A stretch of DNA of 64,000 bases from Octopus vulgaris (taxonomy: Eukaryota): positions 21,328,001 through 21,392,000 of the forward strand of contig OX597826.1 of assembly GCA_951406725.2 (NCBI GenBank), in the 5' to 3' direction. Position 1 is the stretch's first letter; each line of letters opens with the position of its first letter. The position numbers and the translations under genes were made by a program. A model generated the notes under the pieces. It was not told the DNA's origin and made no database searches. It worked only from the letters and a program-made list of their open reading frames with translations. Of this stretch, positions 37,385-48,451 are shown one piece after another.

Positions 37385-39471
37385 TAAGTAATGAATCAAC
37401 TTTATTGCATTTATATTATGATGACATTACATAGATATTAAGAAAAGCCCAACTTTGCCATGGTTTTCTTCAGAATCTTGGGGTTTCTCACTCCCCACCA
37501 GTTGTTAAAATAATTCTTTGAATGAAATTTCTTTCAAAATTGAATGTTGTCCTCTCTTTAACAAATACTATCGTCTTAAGGTAAGAGATATTTTTATTGC
37601 CCATAAGTTGTTAAAATTCGGGGGAAACATCGTTTTTTCTTGCAGTTTTTAGTATATATTCACTGTTACATCAATTAAAATCTGTTTCAAATGATTTATT
37701 ATCAACAAACGAACTTTGACAAAGAAACGTTTTGTCTTCTTCGTTTAATTTATAACGAATGAACTGAAATAACTTCCATATCGTTTATATTTGTGTGTTA
37801 AGGCCAGCTGCTGTGATTCTTATTCTTTGTACAACTTTCCATCGGTTCCCTTTCATGCTCTTTAGGGATTTTCTAAAGAAGGTTAATTAAATATCCATAT
37901 TTTAAAATGACTTTGGAAACCGAACTTGCGTAAACATGTCAGTCGTTCTATATATTCTATGAGGTAAAAATGTTATTTGGTGCCAAATCTAACACAGTTT
38001 CTTGGTCTTTGAAGCATTTAATTTTTAGAATTTTGCAATTATTGTTAATTTATTTTCAATACATTCTGTAAATACTTAGCAGACAGTGCGTATGTACGTA
38101 TAAACTTGTTTAAAATTAGTCATTTTACTATTTCAGTAACTTGCACAGGTAGGGCTGGCATGGCCCCATAGTCTTTAGAGATGACACTTGTTGGGAGAAG
38201 GAGTTTATGAAGAAGTTTAACAAGTTTTCTTTTTCTGTCCAGTCCTACATTTTTATTCCATAACCAGTTTCAGAGTGTAATTGACGGTAGTGTCATTGAT
38301 AAAATGTTTCCAAGGTTGATATAAGTAATTGTTAGTTAATTGGCAATGTAACTTAATAAAATGTATTTATCTTTAACAGAAAAATTACAGTTCTGACTTC
38401 CCAAATATTTTTGTTAAATCTTCGTCTGTCTTGAGCATTAGTGACTGAGCCAGATGTTTGCTCTGGAGTTATGTTTCTACATATGGTCACAGCTGTTTGA
38501 TCTAATTCTAAACCTGTCAGATTAAACTATTAACGGTGACTCGTGAGCTTCAGCTTGCTAGATTGCTTTTCTCGTTGACCAAGCTGCATTTTCCAAACAG
38601 CACTGCTGTGTGGGATTAACCAACTTCGGTAGCTTTAATTACCCAAAACACCATTATATGAATTATATCGTCTCTCTGAGGGAATTACACAGGTGTTCAC
38701 CAGTTGTTCCTTTGCCCTACTTCGGCAAATTAAACCCATTTACGCCACCAGTTTTAGCACCTGCCTTGTGCTGCTGACAACGTTTATATCTCATCAATTT
38801 TTTTAAAAACCCACTTTAAACTTGTGAACTTTTGGTTTCTAGTTTTATTCACTTTAATGTAGAATATTCTAGAATTCTATATTAACATTTAAAAAAATTG
38901 TTTGTGTTAATATTTTCACTGTTCATATTTAAAACTTTGGTAGTTTATTCTGTGATACAAATTTTATGAATTTCCAATATTTAAAAATTCAGTAAGATAT
39001 ATTAAAAAAGTTCTGTTCTAAATATAAAATTTGGAAAAAACCAATTGTCTTTTTAGGCAAAAACTATTAAGTTCCAGTTACATTGCTTTTTTGATGGTGT
39101 ACAAGTTCAACTCCTAGTATAGTTGTAAATCTCAATCTATCATTAATTATACAAATAGATTGACAGCATGACTATCATGCATTTTAAATTCAACAGCCTT
39201 CGATGCTTATGTTGGTTCATAATTCTTTGATTTGGTGAAGTACCTTTTTTGCCTTTCATGCTTTTAAGACTTTTTAGTTGCAGTTGTCGGTTTTAAATTT
39301 AGATAAATCTATCCCAGACTTGCTGAAGTCACTGAGCCTTTGGGGTATTTGGAAAGCTGTTAGCATTTAGATCATTGTTGAACATCCCCTTTTCTGTGCT
39401 TGCATGGGTTAGAAGGAATTTGACGAAGACTATCTACTGTCAGATGCCCTTCCTTTCACCAACTATTACAT

Positions 39472-39742
39472 GGGTACTACTAGCGAACAGTGTGCACACT
39501 CGCGCTCGCTAGTCGTAAGTAGTTGATCCTACAACGACTTGCGCGTATGTTTGTTTCAAGGCTGAATACATATAAAAGAAAATTAATATTTTTCGAACAA
39601 AGTAAATAATTTTTTAAACTAAGTAAATAAATTATTTTTATAAACAAAGGTTAGGTTTAGGGTTAAAAAGTCGTAGGATCGACTACTTACGACTAGCTAG
39701 CGCGAGTGCGCGCACCGGGACCACTGTTCGCTAGTAGTACCC
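39472..39742. mobile_element. 271-bp MITE with ~65-75 bp TIRs
   Basis: GGGTACTACTAGCGAACAGTG...CACTGTTCGCTAGTAGTACCC; ATTACAT(G) duplicated on both sides. Confidence 0.9.
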
Positions 39743-40118
39743 ATTACATGTTTCCAAGTAAGGTAACAGCAGAATTAAAAATGGTTAAGTGTAGAATTGG
39801 GGGAGTTTGGATAATCTGAGTCTGGAGATAATTTTTACTTGGCAAGCATGGATAGTGAAGTTCTGACCTCTCCACTTCAACCACATAGATTAATGGCTGT
39901 ACTAACCTGTTCTAACAGGTGATGGCTTAAATTGCTATGAATAAGTTTTATTAAACTTCAGTTACCAAACATGGGATTAATTTCATTTCATGCAAATGTT
40001 TAAATGGTGTTAAATAGTATTTTTTGTATATATATATATATTTATTTGTCTAAAACTTTGTATTGAAATCTCTTTCCAAATATAGGTAAACTAAATTGTA
40101 CCAACCATTCTTGCTGAA

Positions 40119-42317
40119 ATGTCTTCACCAACCTTATCTCAGAGTGGATCCACCTCATCTGATTGTGAACTCCTTTATGAACCAACTGTATTATGTACCA
40201 AATGTCCCTCTTGCTTGGAGATGTATATAATGCCCAAAGTCCTTGATTGTTTCCATACATTTTGTCTTCCTTGTCTGGAAAAGAGTCGGGATGATCCGAG
40301 CAAGATCATCTGTTCAGAATGTTCTTTTGTAACCCATCTACCCCATGGTACCCTGGATTTGGCAACTGATTATGCTATTAGTAATGTTCTTGAGTCTTCG
40401 GTGCTGCCACGTTGTTCAGCACATTGTACTGGTTGTAAGAACACAGATAAGGTAGCCGTTGCCAAATGCTATAATTGTGCCAATCTGCTTTGTGCCAACT
40501 GTGTCATGGCTCATCAGTTCATGCACTGCTTCGAAGGTCATAAAGTGTTGAATTTCAATGAAATACACCAGCTTCCTGATGACTATTCCCCATCCGAAAG
40601 ATGTGTAACCTGTCCCAAACATCCATTCAAAGTGCTGCAATCTTTCTGTATGACTTGCAATATTCCGGTTTGTGACGATTGTGCAATGTCTGAGCATAAT
40701 TCTGGCCATGATTGTCAGTTGTTGTTAGGTGTTGTTGATAATCAAATTGAGAAACTCCACCAACTACAGACTAAAGTAAAATCCAGATCAAAAGACCTTG
40801 AAACTATTTCGGACAAACTAAAAGACATTGATTTTCAGTTATGTTCGCAATATCAAAAAATCCAAAATGATATCAGTACAACTTATAATTACTTTCGAAC
40901 AGTTTTGGATGAACGTAAACAGGAATTGCTACAAGAACTCGAAGACACATTTAGCAGCAAGATCATGGTTTTAAACAAGACGGACTCTAAAATCCAGCAA
41001 ACCATTTCTCAAATCTCTCATGGTTGTCAGTTTATTAAAAAACTGACCAAATATGCTAATGCTTCCGAGATATTGTTAATAAAATGTTTTATTGAGCAAC
41101 AATTTCAGAGAATTCTGGAATATTATCCAAATCTACATTGTCAAGAATTTGATTTTGAATTCTTATCTAATTTCTCTGCCATTCGAGCTGGTGTTCAAAA
41201 TACATTTGGTTCTATTCATCAAACTGGTGACTTTGATGCAACTGATTGGAACGTGGAGTCGACAAGATGCCCAAGAAGACCATATAAAACTCCAGATAGT
41301 AAACAATTCTCTTGCCACAGTCAACAGTATAACTCTCCAGAAAAAGTCTATGAGAAATGGAATGGTGCCTTAGATATTTCAAATGAAGAATCTGTTTATC
41401 CATCACCTAACAATTTGTCAGAGTTCAAAACTAAATTAATAAATTCTTCCTTTTCTACGTCCTCAAAACCACAGATAAGACGTCAGAAAATGATTTATCA
41501 TTGTAAGTTTGGTGAATTTGGAACCCTTGATGGCCAATTTACAGAACCAAGTGGTGTAGCTGTCAATGCTCAAAATGATATTGTCATTGCTGATACAAAT
41601 AACCATCGCATTCAAATATTTGACAAAGATGGTCGGTTCAAGTTTCAATTTGGTGAATGTGGCAAAAGAGATGGCCAGCTTCTTTATCCCAACAGAGTAG
41701 CAATTGTGAAGTCTTCAGGAGATATAGTTGTCACAGAGAGGAGCCCAACCCATCAAGTTCAAATTTATAACCAATATGGACAATTTATTCGCAAATTTGG
41801 TTCTTGTGTGTTACAGCATCCTCGTGGCATTACTGTTGATGTCAAAGGAAGAATCGTTATTGTTGAGTGCAAAGTTATGCGTGTAATTATCTTTGATCAG
41901 TTTGGTACTGTGATAAACAAATTTGGTTGCTCCCAACATTTAGAATTTCCAAATGGAGTTGTGGTGAATGACAAAGAGGAAATCTTTATAAGTGACAACC
42001 GTGCCCATTGCGTGAAAGTATTTAATTATGCTGGCATATTTTTGCGTCAAGTTGGTGGTGAAGGAATTACTAATTATCCGATTGGTGTGGGAATAAATTC
42101 AAATGGGGCCATAGTAATTGCTGACAACCATAATAATTTCAATGTCACAATTTTTACACAATCTGGTCAGCTTATAAATGCTCTGGAAAGTAAAGTGAAG
42201 CATGCTCAGTGCTTTGATGTGGCTCTTCTCAATGGGAATTCAATAATCCTCGCAAGTAAGGATTATAGGATTTATATCTACCGTTACTCAAATTACAGAC
42301 AGCATTCTGCGTTGTGA
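40119..42317 (+). CDS. brat: Brain tumor (Brat/NCL-1)-type TRIM-NHL RNA-binding protein, 732 aa: RING, two B-boxes, coiled coil, NHL propeller, no filamin domain; uninterrupted CDS
   Basis: C-terminal ~280 aa (RQKMIYHCKFGEFG...FTEPSGVAVNAQND...TERSPTHQ...HLEFPNGVVVNDK...KVKHAQCFDVAL...SKDYRIYIYRY) closely match the Drosophila Brat NHL domain as I know it; B-box1 CANCVMAHQFMHCFEGH is Brat-typical. Confidence 0.95.
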   Translation: MSSPTLSQSGSTSSDCELLYEPTVLCTKCPSCLEMYIMPKVLDCFHTFCLPCLEKSRDDPSKIICSECSFVTHLPHGTLDLATDYAISNVLESSVLPRCSAHCTGCKNTDKVAVAKCYNCANLLCANCVMAHQFMHCFEGHKVLNFNEIHQLPDDYSPSERCVTCPKHPFKVLQSFCMTCNIPVCDDCAMSEHNSGHDCQLLLGVVDNQIEKLHQLQTKVKSRSKDLETISDKLKDIDFQLCSQYQKIQNDISTTYNYFRTVLDERKQELLQELEDTFSSKIMVLNKTDSKIQQTISQISHGCQFIKKLTKYANASEILLIKCFIEQQFQRILEYYPNLHCQEFDFEFLSNFSAIRAGVQNTFGSIHQTGDFDATDWNVESTRCPRRPYKTPDSKQFSCHSQQYNSPEKVYEKWNGALDISNEESVYPSPNNLSEFKTKLINSSFSTSSKPQIRRQKMIYHCKFGEFGTLDGQFTEPSGVAVNAQNDIVIADTNNHRIQIFDKDGRFKFQFGECGKRDGQLLYPNRVAIVKSSGDIVVTERSPTHQVQIYNQYGQFIRKFGSCVLQHPRGITVDVKGRIVIVECKVMRVIIFDQFGTVINKFGCSQHLEFPNGVVVNDKEEIFISDNRAHCVKVFNYAGIFLRQVGGEGITNYPIGVGINSNGAIVIADNHNNFNVTIFTQSGQLINALESKVKHAQCFDVALLNGNSIILASKDYRIYIYRYSNYRQHSAL

Positions 42318-44358
42318 AAGAAATGCTTTTTTTTTTTAACATTTGGTTATTATAGTTTTAGGAATATGAAAGACCGAAGTGGATGTAACTCCAATAACAT
42401 GAAAATTCATTTATTGAACATTGAGAGAAATAACTGTTGTTATTATTTAACATGGCAGAACATTTATTTTTCAAAGGAAATTGAAAAATCTTGTTATTTT
42501 CTTTATTGTTTTAACTAATTTTCTTACTCTACCTCATCATTAAACAAGACTGGATACTAAAATTCAAATTTGTCAGGAAGGATTTTCTTTGACTCTGTTA
42601 AATTTCTAGATTTTGTAAAATAGTTAGTTTTCTAAATTGATCTTTCATTTGGATAGCCAAAAAAAAAAAAAAAAAGAAAACCCTGCCATGAGCTGTTTTG
42701 AAGAGAATTTTTACTGTCTTCACTGGCTATTTTTATTTTTAAAGAAATGGTTGAATCCACTAACTATATTTCTTTTAACATCGTTATTTAACCATTATTC
42801 CAGTGAAAGATTAATTTTGTTGTTACAAAGGAAAAATTACAATGTTTGACTTAATATAAATTATTCTTACATTTTTTAAAAAATTTATTTGCAATTTTTT
42901 CCTAATTTCTTTTTATTTTATTTGAAATTTCACAAAAATGTTTGTATCTTCAAACCTGTATTTTTATTTCGCATGTTTGTTAGCAAACTAAATATAAGAT
43001 TTGATAGTCTTTCACATTCCATCATGTCCAGGTGTCTTGTTAATATTTAAACCTTGGAATAATGTATCTTTTTAAGTTGTAAATAATTCATCTTGGGGGG
43101 AAAATCATACCATCACTTTCAAACTCTCATGCCTCATCCTTCTCTTGATATTCATAAAGATTGGCCACTTTTGAAGAATTGTTTGGATGTTACAAAAATT
43201 TTTTTAAAATGCTATTTCATTCAGTTCTTCCTAAGATAACAAATTTTTTTTAATAACCTCTCCTGAGTTTACTCAGTTTGGAAACATCACATGGCATATC
43301 TAACTGGGCAATTTTTACCAAAGAAGTCAATATGTATATTAAAATATTCTTTGGAACCATACTATGACAAATTGGTCACTTGTCCTTCCCCTCCCTTTCA
43401 AAGAAGCACAACTTGGTAAAGTTCTCTACATTGACTTTGTCTTGTATAGAAATTAGTGGCAACACATTGAGAGACATTCTGATTTCACTCAACTGAAGCA
43501 TGAAGGGGGCCATGAAATGGTCGCTTGATCTGTTAGAAATAGCAGCCAAATTTGTCTTGTATCACCACCAAAAGGTTCAAAAAAAGAAAATCATAAAACT
43601 TAATCAGATATCTAGGTTAACCGTTAAATCCACTGATGACCACATGGACCACAATCTGCTGCTAATTTTACTGAGTGAGTCAGAGATTTTGTATATCGAA
43701 GACTTATACCAATGATGCCAAACTCTTTTCATCACTGCAACATTGTAAAGCTTATTATTTTCTCTGTAAGTTCTCATTATCTTTATAATTGAATGAAACG
43801 TTTTAATTAAACCTCGACTTGATTTTAATTATCTCCATTTGAGATAATCATTGCTTGTATTCAGATGTTTCCTCAACAATAGCCAAAGTCTTCAACAGTC
43901 TGCGTTTTGTGGTGATTCTTTCCTTCTGATACTGTTGCAAATGTTTTTGTTTTTTTTTATTTCTCAATCCCATTGTCAACTGGAATCAAAACTGCGACTA
44001 TGAATCCTCCTTGATAAAAACTCATCCACTGGATTCATGTAATTGATTTAACCTCTCCTCTGAAATTATAGGTCTTGTACCAAAGTTTGAAACCAGAATT
44101 AAAACTAATTACAATTTCATTACAAAGACGATTTAATAATCATGCAAAATCGATCTGAATATCGAAATCCTTTCATTAGATTGAAATAATTTGGTCACAA
44201 ATGGGAAGATGGCTATGGAACAGGAGCAAGGACTTGAGTTGCTTTTTGGTTTCAATGATAGCCGGAATAGGTGCAGAAACTTGACAAACATATTTAATAA
44301 CTGTGGTTATCTGCCCTTTGAAATTCTGCAACAGTTTAAAATACTTTATATATATATA

Positions 44359-44580
44359 CTTTATTTAAAGCAGCAGAAAATTCAACAAAATCTGTTACTG
44401 AGTTTCTCGTTGCCGTTCATCAATTCTAACAAAAACTGTCTGATGAACGGCAACGAGAAACTCAGAGTAACAGATTTTGTTGAATTTTCTGCTGCTTTAA
44501 ATAAAGCATATTACTCTACCACTGGTATTTGAGTACTCTTTCTTTTTCCACCTTGTTTCACATTTATGTGTTTACTCCGG
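44359..44580 (+). mobile_element. Penelope-type pLTR with inverted partial copy, between (TA)n tracts
   Basis: 44359-44422 is the reverse complement of 44441-44506 (2-nt indel); contains a hammerhead motif. Confidence 0.75.
44436..44473 (+). ncRNA. Minimal type-I hammerhead ribozyme motif
   Basis: CUGU-CUGAUGA-ACG gcaa CGA-GAAA-CUC a GAG-UA-ACAG; predicted GUA cleavage after 44469. Confidence 0.72.
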
Positions 44581-44979
44581 TGTATATATATACATACACA
44601 CATACACACAGTGTGTGCAAGAAAGAGAAAAGAAAACGGTGTAAGAGAAATAAATTTGAACTATCCCAGTTTAGGATGTATGTCATGGGTACATACAGTG
44701 AAAGAGGTTTAATAAGAGCACAAAAGAAGTGGAGAAAATGAGAGGAGGAGGAGATAGCATTAAACTGAACTTTCCTAAAATCTGTCATTTTTGTTCATCC
44801 TTGAAATGAAAATCCTTTGTGCAAAGTAGGTTTGATCCTGTATTCAAGCAGTGTTATTTGCATTTTTTTCTTTCTTAGACACATCTGCATGAAATGAGTG
44901 AACAAATTTCGTATTTTACTTGCTGTGTCTGAGGAAAGTGGTAGGGGGTCATGTCTTCTACAGTCACTCCAAGGCCAGT

Positions 44980-45450
44980 GAGTTTGAGGTCCTTAATGTT
45001 CTTGAACCCTACTGGGAGGGAATTCAATGTACTGAAGTGGTGGAGATGTTGGAAGCAAGTTCTCTACATTGACTTTGTCTTGTATAGAAATTAGTGGCAA
45101 CACATCGAGACATTCTGAGGAGAGTTTAGTAAGATGAAAATGCCTGATGAGATGAAATGAGCTGTGCTAACTTTGATAAGTAGAGGCCATTACAGTAGTG
45201 GTAAATAAGGCAAAGAGAGGACACAGTGTACCTGAGGGTCAGTGGTTGAGTATGTCTGTGTGTGATTTTATACCAATTGGCTGAGTGGCTCTTCAGGATG
45301 TGTCTGTGTACAGTCAAAACAGCAACACTATCATGGGCCTCACTTGAGCTTTATAAAGTATGATCCCAGCTGTGTTAAGGATGTTTTCATCAGGAGAAAT
45401 CCTCAATGACTGAGCCAACAACTGGAGTGATTATGAGGGGTAGAAACAAT
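44980..45450 (-). mobile_element. Degraded CR1-clade LINE 3' fragment
   Basis: Minus strand LYKAQVRPM and QPLTLRYTVSSLCLIYHYCNG. Confidence 0.65.
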
Positions 45451-45613
45451 ATTTTTTTTGATTAACATTTGAGTTTTGTTGCTTTTGAGAGAGATAGGAT
45501 TAACTTATCTCCATCAAGGGGAGGCTTTTGAGGTCTCTGGTCATGGAGTCGGTGTAGGTTTGGTATCTGAGTTGTGAGTGGAGGATGTTAGGGGAAGAAT
45601 AGTGATGCCATAC

Positions 45614-46243
45614 TTTTATGTTCCAAACTCTTACACCAACTCTATGTCGTTGAAATCTTAAAGCTGTGAAATAATGCATAATTCAAAACTGAATAAATAT
45701 GAATTATTCCTTCACAAAGTAATTAAACACAAGATCTCAGAACAATGCTTTATAAAAGACCTCTGAAACTTCAATTAACTATCAATAAAATTGTGAAATC
45801 AATTTCACTGTCATCTAACACTGTTACCTTCCCCATTCTCTTCTATGGAAGGACAAGTCATTCATACAAAGAAAGAGAATGGGGAAGGTAACAGTGTTAG
45901 ATGACAGTGAAATTGATTGAATGAAGGGCAAAACTGGTTGAAGCCTGAAATGATAGCGAATTAATAGGAAGAAATGGATGAAAAGGAGATTAAGGCAAAT
46001 TCAATTGGAGATTCCCATATGAGACCTGGTCGAAAGCTTTGTTCAGTGACAACACTGCTTTCACAATTTTATTGATAGTTAATTGAAGTTTCAGAGGTCT
46101 TTTATAAAGCATTGTTCTGAGATCTTGTGTTTAATTACTTTGTGAAGGAATAATTCATATTTATTCAGTTTTGAATTATGCATTATTTCACAGCTTTAAG
46201 ATTTCAACGACATAGAGTTGGTGTAAGAGTTTGGAACATAAAA
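45614..46243. repeat. Nested perfect inverted repeat (185-bp outer, 46-bp inner arms)
   Basis: 45614-45798 = rc(46059-46243); 45797-45842 = rc(45873-45918); no mismatches by eye. Confidence 0.95.
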
Positions 46244-47474
46244 TGGGTTGAATATTTGCTGAATGCTAAAGGGTTGAAAAAAAACAAAAAAAAATTTCAA
46301 TTTGTTTGACACTTCCTCTACAACGAAAATTTAATCGCTTTGTAAAACAAACTGAATTTGTTTTTAAACGATCGTGTATGATGTAATGACTTCAGACTTA
46401 AAGTATATTATATGGGGTGTGGAATGTAGAAGAGAGGCTCCTGGTGGACTGTTAACTGTAGTATGGTGACGAATGTTGAGGATATATTTTGACTTCTCTG
46501 GGTAAGGATTGTTTCTTATTCGGGAACAAGGGTAGCAATCTGCAGGGGAAGGAGATTAGTCGATTACATTGACCCCGCCCCCAATATTTGATTTGTACTT
46601 TTATTTTATCAGTCGCAAACATTGACTCGGGGGCTACTTGAACTTAAACCGTAAAGAGAAACCTAAAACAATGCATTTCCCCTCACTAAACATTGTGCCA
46701 AATGAATGAACGAACTAATGATAATGGTTTTAAATTTTGGCCTAAGGTCGACAATATCGATCCCGAAAGAACGAAAGTCAAAAATCGACCTCGGTGGAAT
46801 TTGAACTCTAAACGTAAAGACCACGACATACCACTATTTTCCCGGCATGCTAACAATTCTGCCAGCTCCCCGCCTTAATCGGTAACAATATTGTTAAATT
46901 ATCGAATCATTTAGTCAGATTAAAGAGAAATCCAAAATTAGTCAATAAGGGAGATAACTTTATTAAAGTCTGAGTTATCTCCCATGGAATGTTGCAGTAT
47001 TAACAGTAATTTTATGGAACACGAGAACATCGAAGAATTCCAACGAAGGTCACCGCCCAAGGTCAATATATAGGACACTACACAGGGTCATCTAGGTATG
47101 ATGACGCCGATCCTAAAATCACTAATAGTTTTCCTTTTTCTGTTAATTCATTGAGCTAGGGGCCATTGGCCCTTGAAGGTCTTCCCAAACTTGTGAAAAT
47201 AACTTCGTTAATAGTTGAAACGTGTGACAGGGTTAACACACGCCTTGCTCCCATCCAATATCATCAATAGTCCGTATATATCATACAATCTGCCCTTTAC
47301 ACTGACAGAGAAACCCTTTGTTAATAGCAGAGGTTATAGGTTCCTCAATATTTCTCGACCTTGTTTTTAGTGAGGTTGCCTTACTTGCAGAACACCCACC
47401 TCCCTTGATAAGGTTACCTTGGCAACCGAAGCTGTTGGCTATTTATAGGGAGTCTTCTCAGCATGTCAGGGAAT

Positions 47475-48380
47475 CTAGGTCACGTGTACTTGTACACATA
47501 GCTCTATACGTCTACCTGTATGTTGATGCCTAAGAACAATGTTACTTAACTGGTGTCTTTTAATGTACCAGAACTTACCAGTGTTGGAAAATAGGAATCA
47601 ATGAAATAAGTTCAAGACTGAATTAAATATATGGTCAATGTTATTGAGGGGCAACCCTTGAAGGTGGTGATCCAGTGAGGCCGAAGTCCAATAATTGAAA
47701 TCACCAAGAGTCCAGATTTTACAAAAAATTCCATTCAGATTTTTTATTGAAAAAAGAAAAAAAAAAGTAAGTGGTACTGTAGGAAATACGACCGTATGTG
47801 GAGGTTGGCGAGATAGGTAAGTCACACGGTCGCATCCCTAACGAAATAAGATAAGCCATAAATACAATTTATACAATGCAGTGCCAACAGAATATAGATG
47901 AATTGACGACAAGCCGTTCCACTGTTTGAGAGAAGATAAGATTTTATTTACAATGGTGTTAATGTTAGAAGGTTGTGTGCTAGCAAATGTGTGTGACATA
48001 CAATAAGGGTGAAAGCGTGTGAGATAGTAGGTACAGAGCATAGGGTTAATGATGGAAATTGGTTTACAGTTCATAAGGTACACGATATGTTCAATATCAA
48101 GATGTTGTGTCTCAGGCGGAGGCCGGTTGGGCGAATTATTGTCGAGCCGCGGTCGTGGTCTCAATCGGCGAGCGGGTTCTCTTAATATAGAATTCTTCAG
48201 ATGGACTGTTTCTACTTGGTGAAAGGATTCACTCTAACAGCGTGGTTCTGTGAAGTTGGTGTGTACATGTCTGAAGTGGACGATAGTGATGGTGACGACA
48301 GCGGCGGAGATAGAAGGCTTTCTGTGGTGAGTGTACATAGCGTCGTCGTGGGTGATCGTCTGTCGCTGTGACTGGAACAT
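47475..48380 (-). pseudogene. Decayed ~300-codon reading frame of unknown origin
   Basis: ATG 48380 to TAG 47475 in one frame with only three internal stops (48234, 47838, 47598); track ORFs 47838-48164 and 47598-47825 share this frame. Confidence 0.4.
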
Positions 48381-48451
48381 GTTGAGTAGCTCTGTGGTCA
48401 GAGGTTTAGTTGAGTCACTTGTGCTTATTTTTCTCTTGATATAGATATTCT

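Noticed and set aside
39648-39665. Interstitial telomere
   Set aside because: Only ~3 imperfect units, internal to a MITE
40416-41648. Short ORFs overlapping brat on either strand
   Set aside because: Shadow frames of a long CDS with no independent motifs
45144-45160. CTGATGA...GAAA hammerhead-like hit (also 17396)
   Set aside because: No room for stem II and no stem I/III pairing
47046-47090. AGGTCA nuclear-receptor half-site cluster and GGGAGATAACT hairpin at 46949-46983
   Set aside because: Short motifs, non-standard spacing, common in molluscan repeats; no independent support
47598-47825. LGDFN and IDHIF as LINE apurinic endonuclease motifs
   Set aside because: Only ~20 aa apart, much closer than in APE domains, and no other APE motifs upstream; kept as unexplained
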